Assembly (NCBI GenBank): GCA_002633005.1
Contig: NMRA01000170.1
Span: forward strand, 406,129-470,128
DNA: 64,000 bases
DNA from: Phoronis australis
Taxonomy: Eukaryota > Animalia > Phoronida
Direction: 5' to 3'
Below, piece by piece: positions 1 to 12,023 of the stretch (the first letter of the stretch is position 1; every line of letters starts with the position of its first letter). Both the position numbers and the translations under genes were made by a program. Below the pieces are notes generated by a model. That model had not been told where the DNA came from, did not search any database, and was given only the letters and a program-made list of their open reading frames with translations.

Positions 1-1421
1 TAATTTTTGTCTGTTTATATTTGGTCTTTGTTGATGGTTGCATTTTACACAGTTTATTGAAATTATATTCAGATTGACAATGATTTTTTAATTTTAGTTT
101 CTGATTTTCAGTAAAGTTTAAGGTGTCCAATAATAAACTAATGAAGTGGCAATTTTTTGTTTTTGGTGGAGTAAATTGACCTTCGCTGCATAATTGAAGA
201 TACATTGAGCACTGGTTACTAGGTAATATTACTATAACCTTGGGACATCACGTTTCACGCATTGTCCAATATCTAGTGTTTTGATTTCAAGGGCATTTCC
301 CTGCTGTTAAGCTGTCTATGTTTAATTCTTAATGGCTGCACTTTGGGGCTTAAAAACCATAACTCGTTCATCCGGTCTTGAATTATTACCAAATGAGCTG
401 ACAACTCAAGCCTAGACAATGCGTATATGCGCTTTTTTCAAATATGCAATTTTAGGGTTGGCCAACCTCGGGGATGGACTCAGAAATTTGAGTTAGGAAA
501 ACCAAATTCACTGATGTGTATATGCAACAATGTGTATGCGTGTGAACTCACTCTGCGGAAAACGTTTTCATTCGACACGTGCCTGCCTGCATTACCAACC
601 CTGTAAATTTCTTCCATTGTCTTTATCCGCTCGTGAAACCATATGTTTGCAAAAAAAAATGTCCAGAAGTGTGATTTTAGGTACACAAAAATATTGCCCG
701 GTGTTAGCAGTCGTATGGTTGTTTATTCAAATATCCCATTTTTTATTGCGGGTGACCAATGTCCACAAATGAAAATGTTTGCCGTATCACGAGATAAACA
801 AATTCTACATTCTAACCCCATTACAACTAGCATTCCGTGACCTGCCTAAAACCTTCGTTGTTCAGCTGAGGTTTGGAGTAACCATAAATTAACTTTTTAG
901 GGTGAAATAAAAAACAGGATACCTGAGTACAGGAATAAAATATGTACTGCGGTCTAATATAATTTTTAAAACAATAGTTCTGTTGTTTGTTCTTTTAACT
1001 CGGGCACTCGGGGAGCTACCTGTACAGGTGGTATCCACACGCAAGTAGTATTTTCAGACAATACGAGAAATACAGAAAGAAGTTATCTTACAATCAATGT
1101 CATACAGTTTGTAACGAAATCTGCCCTTCAGGTGTTGTCTGCAGATTTACAATAAAGCTTGCGCAAATACAGATGCACGTTTCTTACAATGGTGGATTTA
1201 GATGTGGCCAAAGGGTCACCTTCCATCCCATAATCCTGACTTCTGCTAAGTGATCTCTGCGAGACCTTAAATGACAAGGGGTTAACACAAGTCTTTCAAA
1301 TACACACGATTTCCTTTTCGCCGAGTCGGTTGACTTCCTCAAGTTTTCAACTAGTCGGGGAAACTACATAGCCTATATTCAAAGGTATTATCACAGAAAC
1401 TAATTATGGGCAAAAAACTAA

Positions 1422-2478
1422 ATACACAAAACGTACCGAGAGTGGCGTACATGAAGTAATATCCCACGAGACACTATTACGCGTATCGGCCGAGACCTAG
1501 GCTCGAGGTCGATACGCGGAATAATGTCTAGTGAGATATCACTTCATGTACGCCAATCGAAGTACGTTTTGTATTTATCCCATACTCTTCGAATTCCTAA
1601 GTTTCTTTCACTTTTCCGCAGATTTTTAAATAGTTCGCTCAAACTGTTCACGTGGCGGATCACATCCTATATGTATGTACTTGCGCGTTAGGATGCAAGT
1701 TTTCTGTAGTAAAAGAAACAGATTTAACTGTGACGATTTATTACATGAAATAAGATAACAAAGATGAAAACAAGGGTAACTTTTCATTGAACTTGTAAAA
1801 TCTCCTAAAATAGTTAAACAACGACAATTTTTGATTTTGTAGTTACCGAAGGATCGGCGCCTGAGTTGCAGACGATAAAATATTGAGCAAATGAAAACTG
1901 GAGCAGAACTGTCATATAATTAACAGTCTTGTTCCAGATGTTATGATTGAGACCTGATTGTATGCTGAGCGTTATTTACACTGTTAAAATTGTATTACTT
2001 TAAACTATTTTCCGAAAGTTTGGTGATTGCACCGGCTAACGACGTCGAGTCGATACTGACCTACCGTTTGAACTTTCCATGTCATAGGTCAATGTTGAAG
2101 TAGTGCGGGAGGTGAATACGGAAAACATTATTACAAGGCCGTATTTCCCTCGACAGGTTCAACGCGTATAGAAAGTAGTTACAAAGCCGAGGCGAGTCGA
2201 GAAAGGTAGATCGATTATGTTCTCAGTCGTTATCCCCCTTAACTAGAGCCCTCGTGGATTTTGGAGAATTATCCACTAGGGCTCTAGAATACGGGGGATA
2301 ACGAATTCGCCATGTAATAATCTATATTTATCCCATACGCGTTGAATCTGTCGAGGGAAATATGGCCTTGTAATAATGTTTTCCGTATTCACCTCGACCT
2401 TCGGTCTCGGTCGATACGCGGAATAATGTCTCATGGGATATTACTTCATGTACGCCACACTCGGTACGTTTTGTGTAT
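1422..2478. mobile_element. Non-autonomous foldback/palindromic DNA element (unclassified) with a nested MITE fragment
   Basis: About 75-bp terminal inverted repeats (ATACACAAAACGTACCGAG.../...CTCGGTACGTTTTGTGTAT), about 155-bp hairpin at the left end, internal IR 2112-2170 vs 2333-2394; second copy at 5299-6018. Confidence 0.75.
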
Positions 2479-5138
2479 GCATTATCACGGTCATTTTTTA
2501 TAGAAAATCGTGATTTTTAGATCGCCAGCAGCTTTTTATGAAGAAATTTCTCTTGTTGTATTAGCAGCTGAATCTAGGTATCTTGGATTTTCCGTCACTG
2601 CACTTTGCCCAAGGACGTGGTTTTCAAAAATGAAGACCTTTTAAGGATGAGCCCAATACATAATAGCAGTCGAAACACTCAGTTCACCTGTTAAATTGCA
2701 TTCGGTGCTCGCATGTAACTTTATATATTCTATTTCACAAATCCCATCCTTTTCAATACACACAGGCTACCCTTCAATCGACACTTCATCCTCGCCGCAC
2801 GAGAATAGGCATACAACGTTCACAACTCCAGCTTCAAGGGATGGCGGTACATGGGAGAGACGGTTGGTCCAACTTGAATTCGGGCTCATGCGTATCTCTG
2901 AACACAGGAAAAAAATAGCTCGTCATTTCACCCGTCGTCAGAACCCACTGTTCACAAATTCCACAATTACTGATCATGCCATGCAAACTACCAAATGTTA
3001 TTGATTGGGAGAATGTTGTCACCTTGAACATATCACCACAGAGTCTCTGGAAACCTGGTAATCGATGTATGCCATAGGGACTAGGGATTTAGACACATTT
3101 TACAATATTTGTATGGGATCTGCTCAACCAATCAGATTCACTTATCGCCCCAACCCAAGCACCAGTTTGAGAATGAATGCTGAAAAGAGGATCCGAACAC
3201 GTTAATAGGTACGTCAGATTTAGCCTGCTTAGAAAATAACCTTATTCCCTCAGTACACTGTATCCGAATGACGGATGAAATTATAGTAAACAAATGTAGT
3301 GCACTGACATGAAATATTAAGTAACCTGTCCGTAAATAAGTATTCAATATAACTGGGGTTACCGATGCATAAAGTAAATTGGATGCTCGTGCATATAGGA
3401 AAACAATAAACTCTCATGGTTTTTTCTGAGTCCCCCCGAAATGAGAGATCCAATTGACTTTTTATAATATTATCAGAACCCGAAGTCTTATTTGCAACCC
3501 AAGAACATTCTAACGGTCGACAGGTGTGGATCTCTTTGTTTTCCTCAAAATACCCATTATGTTCCCTATAAAACTAAAGAGTTTCAAAACCCCTCCTATG
3601 TTGAATATCAAATATCTATCAACGATTTATAGTTAGGAGATTTTGTCACAGAACAGTGCTCATTAGTTTTTAAATCGGTAAACAAACAGTGCGCGGTCGT
3701 CTTTTTTGCCCAAAAGTTATAAACAGCATAGAAGCCAAGGAAAGGAATCGGAAACGATAAAACCGGTAAGTGATGTGATACAGAAAAAATTATAATAGCT
3801 CTCTCCCGGACTTATCTAGCTGTTGAAAGCAATGTTTTTTCAACTAATGCCGGCTTTTTCAAGTTCCGCGATGATTAAAGTCGTCTGTAGATCTTGCGTC
3901 TAACAACAGGAAACTGTGAACCCATGCACGTGATAGATCCATCTCTTCGCAAGAAAATCCACGAAAGAATTATAATTTTTCTGTATCGTACTTTCTTTGC
4001 ACAAGACGCTCAAAGGATGGTGGGTTTAGAATGAATGGCTATGTGTCAATACATATATATACCCTCGAAGTTGTTTTATCAGAACATACAAAAGGGACGC
4101 TTTGCCACGTCTTTAGAGTAACATGCCTCATGCTAATGTTCTGACTTTGAAATGCATGCGATGCACCGAACATATGTTGAATTTCCTTGATCGATAAAAG
4201 TTATAGCTTGGGACATATGTGTGATCGCGCTGAAAGTGTCCGAAATAAAAAAAAATGACAAGTGTGAAGTTTGTGATTTTTCTCCATGAATTCAAAAAGT
4301 GTCGAAAATGACCGTCTCTCCCCTTCGTTAAACACAGGTAGGTTACGTAATTAGTTTTATTACGGACCAGTCCCGAGAACTCAGAAAGTCAAGTACTAAG
4401 CATATCTAATCCATTGTGCGGGTACCTCGCACCTTTTCCTCGTAAAATGCGTCTCTTTCGGATTTACATCCATCAATACTGATATATAGCGGAATGTAGT
4501 CATGAAGGAAAACAAAATTTTGAACTGCTCTAGAAAATCGCAAAAAAAATGATTAGACAGATTTAAAATTCAATAGCAACGGATACAGGACAATGAAACT
4601 ACGTCGGGAAAGATTTTCTCGCTCCCCTGAAGATGCACTTTGGTCACACGTACGAATGCTTTATAACTACTTTCTATGTCAGAGGCGCAGGGTCGGAGGT
4701 CGTGACCTTTCAAAAAAAGCCGAGCTATTTTTGTCAAATAATGCTTTTACTCAAAATCAATTGAAAACTTAAACAAAATAGAAATAAAGTGAATCTATAA
4801 ATTAAGGTTTAGCAACTATTACAGCTTACTACACATTTTATCACGCTAAGCTACGACCGGTAAAATACCGTCTGCTAAAGTAGGTTACCACTGGTAACAG
4901 AGTATAATGCTCAAGTCGAAGGATCCCAACGACACGATACCCGCATTCAAATTGGAGATCGTTGATTTACAAGTGAGAGAACACGAGAGAAAATTTCCCT
5001 GAATTAAAATATCGTTTTTATGGAAATTATGCGTCTTATTTTTCATAGCGTATAAATGTCGGTACAATGCCCTTTGCTGAACATGCGATTGTTGCGTGCT
5101 CATTTAAGTATTCTATTTTCACATTCGATGACGTCAGC

Positions 5139-5216
5139 GGCTGAGTGGTGTAGTGGTAAAGTCGGCGACCCGAAACTCTTGAGGCCCGGGTTCGAAAGTG
5201 GCCTCGGTTTCCCGCC
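5139..5216 (+). pseudogene. Degenerate tRNA-like sequence / tRNA-derived SINE head
   Basis: A-box-like TGGTGTAGTGGTAA and B-box-like GGGTTCGAAAG at tRNA spacing; weak acceptor stem GGCTGAG/CTCGGTT; anticodon and T stems do not pair. Confidence 0.45.
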
Positions 5217-5298
5217 AAAATGTTATCTCCCAAGTGAGATAACTAAATGGGCCATTACACGGTTGCATTTGCCATTCGACGCTAATATTGTGGTATAA

Positions 5299-6018
5299 AT
5301 ACACAAAACGTACCGAGAGTGGCGTAAATGAAGTAATATCCCACGAGACATTATTCCGCGTATCGTGGGATATTACTTCATGTACGCCAATTGAGGTACG
5401 TTTTGTATTTATCCCATGCGCTTCGAACACCTAAGTTTCGTACATTTTTCGGCAGATGTTTCAAATACTTCACCCAGACTGTTCACATGGCGGATTACAT
5501 CCTATATGTATGTACTTGCGCGTTAGGTTGGAAGTTTTCTCTTGTAAAAGAAACAGTTTTAAAAGTAACGATTCATTTCTTGAAAAGAGGTAGAAAATAT
5601 GAAAACAACGGCAACTGTGTAGTGAACTTGTAACATCTCCTGGAAATATTTAAAAAACAACAATATTTGATGTTTTAGTTTCCTAGGAATCGGCGCCTGA
5701 GTTGCAGACGGTATAGTAGGCCTATTCAGCAACTGAAAACTGAGACATAAGTGTCTTATAGTTAACAGTTTTGTTCCAGATTTTACGTTTAGGACCTGGC
5801 TGCATGCCGAGTGTTAGTTACACTGCTTCAACTGTATTACTTTAAACTATATACTGAAAGTTTGATGATCGAACCGGCTGAAGACGTCAAGTCGACATAG
5901 ACCTACCATTTGAACTTTCCCTGTCAGAGGTCGCTGTTGAAGTAGTGCAGGAGGTGAATACGGAAAACTTTGTTACATGGTCGTATTTCCCTCGACAGAT
6001 TCAACGCGTACAGGATAA
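5299..6018. mobile_element. Second, diverged copy of the 1422-2170 element
   Basis: Colinear similarity to 1422-2170 over about 720 bp with a shortened hairpin. Confidence 0.75.
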
Positions 6019-6667
6019 AAATTCTGATTTTGTATGCTAGACAAAATAAAATATACGATGTAAAAAGTGCTGAATGATCATTCTTAAATATCAAGATTTC
6101 GACTAGCTACCGTGCGCCCGACAGTGATAGTGAAGGGTAGCCTACCTCGCTCGATTTTAATAAGCACGTCAAAATTGACTAGCACACCAATGTTCACGTT
6201 TTACCAAAATGAACAGTTTTGATCCTAACCGTTCCTCTAGAACAACGCCATTACGGTCTTATTCTTTGCGTGAATAGGTGACTGACACTGACCCACCTTG
6301 GCAAGTGTCTCAATGGGCGTGGCCTTGACCAATAACAATATGCCACTTCTTATCAAGGCTAGAATCGTTTGCGTTCTGAGCAAGGAACAAGACGAAACCG
6401 TGGCGTGGCCTAACTAAAAAGCTGTTTTTCGTTTACTAAAAGAGCGATTTGTTGCCCCTTTACGGGTGCACGAGCGGCGGAGTCAACTGTTATGTGGGCT
6501 GGGGACACATCCATTGGTCAAGCAAATAATGTTGCCACATAACACAAGATTTATGAGGCCGGCCTGTATTTATGCACATACAAGTAAACAGGTCATAAAA
6601 TCTCGATATCCAAGTTAAGTGTGCAGTGATCACGACGACAAATGTCAGAGACATGTTTTAAGGTTTT

Positions 6668-6947
6668 TACGTCACAAGTCTGAAGGTCCACAAGTCCGAA
6701 GACCTACAAGTTCCGTTGTCGACGACTTCGAGTTACTACTTAAAGACTTACCAGTGTGATCTTCAGACTCGTGGCTCTAAGGATTACGTCACAAGTCTGA
6801 AGGTCCACAAGTCCGAAGACCTACAAGTTCCGTTGTCGACGACTTCGAGTTACTACTTAAAGACTTACCAGTGTGACCTTCAGACTCGTGGCTCTAAGGA
6901 TTACGTCACAAGTCTGAAGGTCCACAAGTCCGAAGACCTACAAGTTC
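6668..6947. repeat. 117-bp tandem repeat (satellite), about 2.4 copies visible, running into the assembly gap
   Basis: Near-identical units TACGTCACAAGTCTGAAGGTCC...CTCTAAGGAT. Confidence 0.92.
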
Positions 6948-7884
6948 NNNNNNNNNNNNNNNNNNNNNNNNNNNNNNNNNNNNNNNNNNNNNNNNNNNNN
7001 NNNNNNNNNNNNNNNNNNNNNNNNNNNNNNNNNNNNNNNNNNNNNNNNNNNNNNNNNNNNNNNNNNNNNNNNNNNNNNNNNNNNNNNNNNNNNNNNNNNN
7101 NNNNNNNNNNNNNNNNNNNNNNNNNNNNNNNNNNNNNNNNNNNNNNNNNNNNNNNNNNNNNNNNNNNNNNNNNNNNNNNNNNNNNNNNNNNNNNNNNNNN
7201 NNNNNNNNNNNNNNNNNNNNNNNNNNNNNNNNNNNNNNNNNNNNNNNNNNNNNNNNNNNNNNNNNNNNNNNNNNNNNNNNNNNNNNNNNNNNNNNNNNNN
7301 NNNNNNNNNNNNNNNNNNNNNNNNNNNNNNNNNNNNNNNNNNNNNNNNNNNNNNNNNNNNNNNNNNNNNNNNNNNNNNNNNNNNNNNNNNNNNNNNNNNN
7401 NNNNNNNNNNNNNNNNNNNNNNNNNNNNNNNNNNNNNNNNNNNNNNNNNNNNNNNNNNNNNNNNNNNNNNNNNNNNNNNNNNNNNNNNNNNNNNNNNNNN
7501 NNNNNNNNNNNNNNNNNNNNNNNNNNNNNNNNNNNNNNNNNNNNNNNNNNNNNNNNNNNNNNNNNNNNNNNNNNNNNNNNNNNNNNNNNNNNNNNNNNNN
7601 NNNNNNNNNNNNNNNNNNNNNNNNNNNNNNNNNNNNNNNNNNNNNNNNNNNNNNNNNNNNNNNNNNNNNNNNNNNNNNNNNNNNNNNNNNNNNNNNNNNN
7701 NNNNNNNNNNNNNNNNNNNNNNNNNNNNNNNNNNNNNNNNNNNNNNNNNNNNNNNNNNNNNNNNNNNNNNNNNNNNNNNNNNNNNNNNNNNNNNNNNNNN
7801 NNNNNNNNNNNNNNNNNNNNNNNNNNNNNNNNNNNNNNNNNNNNNNNNNNNNNNNNNNNNNNNNNNNNNNNNNNNNNNNNNNNN
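6948..7884. other. Assembly gap (N run), followed by (GA)n
   Basis: 937 N bases. Confidence 0.99.
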
Positions 7885-8884
7885 GAGAGAGAGAGAGAGA
7901 GGGCGAGGGAGAGGGGTAGGGGGAGGGAGAGGAGGGGTTCTTTTCAAGACCAGAATGCATACGAAAAGATGCCAATGCGAACAAATTTCTTCCGATAAAG
8001 TTTACTTTCTGGGTTGAAGCAAAGTGACTCAGCTAAGTTCTATAAATCTATAGCGTTTTTTTGGCTTTTGAAAACACTGATTGTCCTTTCTTATGTTATT
8101 TGAGTCTCATTACTAAGTCAATTTTGACTTCCATACAAATCAAGATTGAAGTCTACGTTGAATTCTTAAAATTATTGGAAATAAGTAGGTATCTTTTTGT
8201 GCAATGCCCATAATTTAAGAACTAAGTCCCTAATTTCTATGACTCAATAAAGGGCTCAGTTTTTAGCTATATTATTAGAAAATGTCATTAGTCAAGAAGA
8301 GCTCATAATAAAGATAAAATGCTAGAAAAACATAACATCTGTGAGTTAAGAACGAAGCAAATATGCAAAAGATTTAGGGAAATTGGTTGGGTCCCTATTT
8401 GGGACTGTTCCATGCAACCGGGCACAGGAAACTACGAAAAGGCTGCAACTGCGAGTCTTACAACATTGTATAGACCAGAGTTTAACAAATTTGAAGTGGT
8501 ACGCCAAGGAGCATCAGTCAAAGGCTATAACTGCCAACGCCAAACAGAAGTTAATACCTTTTTGGGACAGGGTATCTGATCCTAGAAATAGCCCATTGTA
8601 TCGTGTCAAATAATACGAAGCCGCGCATATTACAAATATGCAATTATAAGAAATCGCTGTTTGCATTTGCGGTGGTGCTTGTATAGGCTATAAGGAACGA
8701 TACCTGAAGCTATTCTTGGCAGACTATTGAGCACCATTGGTGGAAACTGAGGTAAATTCCGAAGCGGGTATACTCCCGAACCCTGCGTGTGGTCAAAAAT
8801 TTTTGAATGCACATTGAGCGTGTACTCGAAGAGTTGAAGGGTCATTTCCTTGTTACTCACTGCCTAAATACAAAGGAAATTACT

Positions 8885-9545
8885 TAGATGATGACAATAT
8901 CAACAACTACAGACCTACGTCTCTAATTAACACCTTCTCAAAAGCTATTTGAAAAAATGCACATGGCTAACTTAATGCTGACCTTACATAAGACAAGCTC
9001 TGATATGAACGTCAGTATAATTTTCAGAAATTGAGATCTACAGAATTTGCAACTGTCGAACTAACTGACAGAATTAAGGGAAATCTGAACAATACAAGGG
9101 GTAAGCCCAAGAACCATATTTTAGACCTTTCAAAAGCCTTTGATGGAATCTTGGTAGACAAACTTTCATTTTGTGGTTTAACTAGAGTCGAGCATTTATT
9201 CATCAAAATTATTTAACCAATCGAAAGCAATGTGTTTTATTTGACAATTCACCCTCCCAAAAATCATCACATCAGTACTCCAAGGTTCTTTCTTAGTCCC
9301 CTCCTTTTTCTGATTTACGTAAACATCCTCCACAAATGGACTACTCTGGAGACCCCCAAGTATGCAGATGACACCTGTCCTGTATACTCTCACACACACC
9401 TTCGTTTTACAAAACCCACAAACAATGAAACTGAAATCAATAATAAGCTATCAGACGTATTCACACAATTATCAATCAACAAACTGTCGTTAAATGTCAC
9501 CAAAGCTGTATACGCAGCATCCTTCTTCCTTCAGAAAAAAGGTTA
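8885..9545 (+). mobile_element. Decayed non-LTR retrotransposon (CR1/L2-like LINE) reverse transcriptase fragment
   Basis: Frameshifted motifs NNYRPTSL..TFSK, QY.FQK.RST..A, LDLSKAFD, QGS.LSPLLFLIYVN, YADDT, NKLSLNVTK. Confidence 0.88.
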
Positions 9546-9754
9546 ATCTAACCTTAATAGAAATAGTCAAAATCTAACTTTCGTTAAACATTTATGGAAT
9601 AACATTTGACGACACATTTTGGAAAAATTCCAAAAACAAGCCCACGGGCGTATTTTCAGTAACTGTTTGCATGTTTTGAAAATCCGATGAATTGTTTTAA
9701 ATACGTATGTAATGTGTTCTGAAGATTTTTTTTGTTTATATTGTGGCAAGACAT

Positions 9755-9793
9755 AATAATAATAATAATAATAATGATGATAATGATAATAAT
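9755..9793. repeat. (TAA/TGA)n microsatellite
   Basis: Direct reading. Confidence 0.85.
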
Positions 9794-10442
9794 ATGTTTC
9801 GTATAACTATTTCACTCAAATGACTTATCATTTAAAGAGTGACTTTGTTGGAAACTAACCATATTATCAAAGTATTAAAGACAGGTTTAACGCTCTGTGT
9901 TTGCTGAATGAGAAATAAGTATGGAGGAATAAAATTCGTACCAGCGATATACAAGTACATAGTTACATTATGAAAGACCTTCTTATTTCAAACGGTTTCC
10001 GAAAGTACACCCCCTTCCGAATAGCCGTCCATGGGCGGAAATTCCACGTAACCCTTAAATTAGGGTTGTTGCATGAAAAGATCCCTACTTATTTTCAGTA
10101 ACATTACGTTTTCACATTTCAAAAATCATCCATGACAATCAAACGCCTTCTTCAGTTTTAGATATGATAAACACCCTCTCACCTGCTGGACTTGCAAGAT
10201 ATTACAAGAACAAATTTTCGAAACTTATATGCAATAACTCAAGCTCCTTATATATTCACGATGAATATATACATACAATCTGCATTATTACACAGGCATG
10301 TCACACATCTATTCGCACGCACGTGCGCTCGCATAAACGCACGCGCGCACATGATCTAGAAGAGCAGCTCGACAACTACTGGCGCCAATTTGGAGGATCT
10401 GTTGAACTGTTAAACTTCGTTTGACAAAGATTTCGATCGGTA

Positions 10443-12023
10443 TTAGTACTGTGTTTTAGTCCTGTGTCGTATGCCTGGGTCTCTTAACTCCTTGGTTGTA
10501 TTTACCGGCAGATATCCAAATCTGGCATACATTTCTCCACATTCGGTATCAATGAGCTGAACTGTATCGAAGTAGATAGTTTTCTTCCACAAATAAGCAG
10601 TTTCAGACGCATTCTTTCTGTCTGTGCCGTACTTCTTAACACACCGCGAACTACTTTTAAACCTTTTTGACGACACTTTTCTTGGCGACGATTTTCGTGA
10701 CGACGGTTTTTTCGATTTTGTACCTTTCTTTGGCTCATTACAAAGGGTGCTAGGTTTTATTCCTGTAGCAAGTTCGAGCCACGATAGAACGTTCTTGTGC
10801 AGTGTGAAATTTATGAAGTTGTACAAGTTTATAGTTGTTTTAACAGGTTCCTCAGCGGCAGTTTCGTAGTTCAATCTCATTACGCTGTTCTTTGGTAAAT
10901 TCGTTGAATAATCATAATCATCGACTATATCTTTACATAAATTGGAGATATCTGTTATCTTGGCTTTTTCTTGAATAGATTTCCTGGAAACGCGAACACC
11001 TCGCGGGTCTCTAACAAGATGAACTATCTTCATGTCGGGAACGTCCTTCAAAATTTTGACGGTGTCGCGCATTGCTAGTCGGATAACTTTCACGACTCGC
11101 AATGTAGCCTGGTCGCACGCAGCCTTTGCAAGGCTGATACAGTGACCGTAAAAGCGTGGCTGAAGCTTGTCCAAGCACTTGTGAAAATGCATCAGAGACT
11201 TTTGCGCGTCAAACCTTCTAGCCCACTTCCACTGATTCACGAGTACATCTTTCGGTAAAACAGACAAGTTACAAGTCAAGAGATTTTTAATTATTGAAGG
11301 ATCATTATTCGGACGATCTTTTATTCTCAAATAAGGTTCGAAGATATACATGGAGTCCGGGTGCATTCCGTAGATTTTAGACACGTAAGTTGATCCACTT
11401 CTCATATAAGTTAAAACGAGTACCTTTCGGACGTTAGCAGAAAGCTCAGGGTAGATTTCGTTAGCGGCATACATGCTCAAAGCTCCGGGACCTCCGCATC
11501 GTCCACGGGGATCGTCGAAACATTCACTCGTGCAATTGCGCGGAAGAGGTACATAATCACTCACAGTTTTTCCACACCAACAAAATGTGGCCTCGCGAAT
11601 TCCAGCGTATGGCTGGTTTTTTGACTGACAATAATTAATACACTGGGCAACGTTCTTAACAGGCATTTCATTTCTTTTGCGACTTCTTTGCCAACACCCC
11701 AAGTATAAATTCGCCACAGAATATTCAGGAATCGTCGTCGTCGTGTCTCGTTTTTCCGTTGTCGTCTGCTCGGTTGCTGATGTCCGCGTCCGCTCCCTGA
11801 CGGAAGTATGGTAAAGCGTCTTTGTGATATCTGGCCTGTCCACACTCCTGATACTTTTCAGTAACTTTATGGCTGACATTGTTTTCCCATCGCCATTGTC
11901 CCCTGGCTGAGGATTAATTAAGAAATATAAAAGTCCCAAGCAACAAATACATAATGCGACGGTCTGGACACAGCTTCCACGTATCCACCCGATTCGTACC
12001 ATTGTGCAAAAGAAATGTTTCAT
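10443..12023 (-). CDS. WSC-domain-containing carbohydrate sulfotransferase (CHST1/3/4/5/6-like Gal/GlcNAc 6-O-sulfotransferase family), single coding exon, 526 aa
   Basis: Uninterrupted ORF. The track starts at a GTG (12062); the first ATG is 12023 (MKHFF), with an alternative at 12002. N-terminal TM anchor VALCICCLGLLYFLI, Thr-rich stem, WSC cysteine pattern (YLGCW...CINYC...YAG...CWCG...C...C...CGG), 5'-PSB TYMRSGSTY, FEP, KVIRL and 3'-PB VHLVRDPRG..SR motifs. Confidence 0.9.
   Translation of the reverse strand: MKHFFCTMVRIGWIRGSCVQTVALCICCLGLLYFLINPQPGDNGDGKTMSAIKLLKSIRSVDRPDITKTLYHTSVRERTRTSATEQTTTEKRDTTTTIPEYSVANLYLGCWQRSRKRNEMPVKNVAQCINYCQSKNQPYAGIREATFCWCGKTVSDYVPLPRNCTSECFDDPRGRCGGPGALSMYAANEIYPELSANVRKVLVLTYMRSGSTYVSKIYGMHPDSMYIFEPYLRIKDRPNNDPSIIKNLLTCNLSVLPKDVLVNQWKWARRFDAQKSLMHFHKCLDKLQPRFYGHCISLAKAACDQATLRVVKVIRLAMRDTVKILKDVPDMKIVHLVRDPRGVRVSRKSIQEKAKITDISNLCKDIVDDYDYSTNLPKNSVMRLNYETAAEEPVKTTINLYNFINFTLHKNVLSWLELATGIKPSTLCNEPKKGTKSKKPSSRKSSPRKVSSKRFKSSSRCVKKYGTDRKNASETAYLWKKTIYFDTVQLIDTECGEMYARFGYLPVNTTKELRDPGIRHRTKTQY

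Noticed and set aside
2696-3453. Cluster of short ORFs on both strands
   Set aside because: No recognisable motifs or consistent splice structure.
5139-5216. Functional tRNA gene
   Set aside because: Anticodon and T-arm stems do not pair; kept only as a tRNA-like relic.
6716-8017. Long ORFs of 348-433 aa in the ORF track
   Set aside because: They merely read through the N gap.
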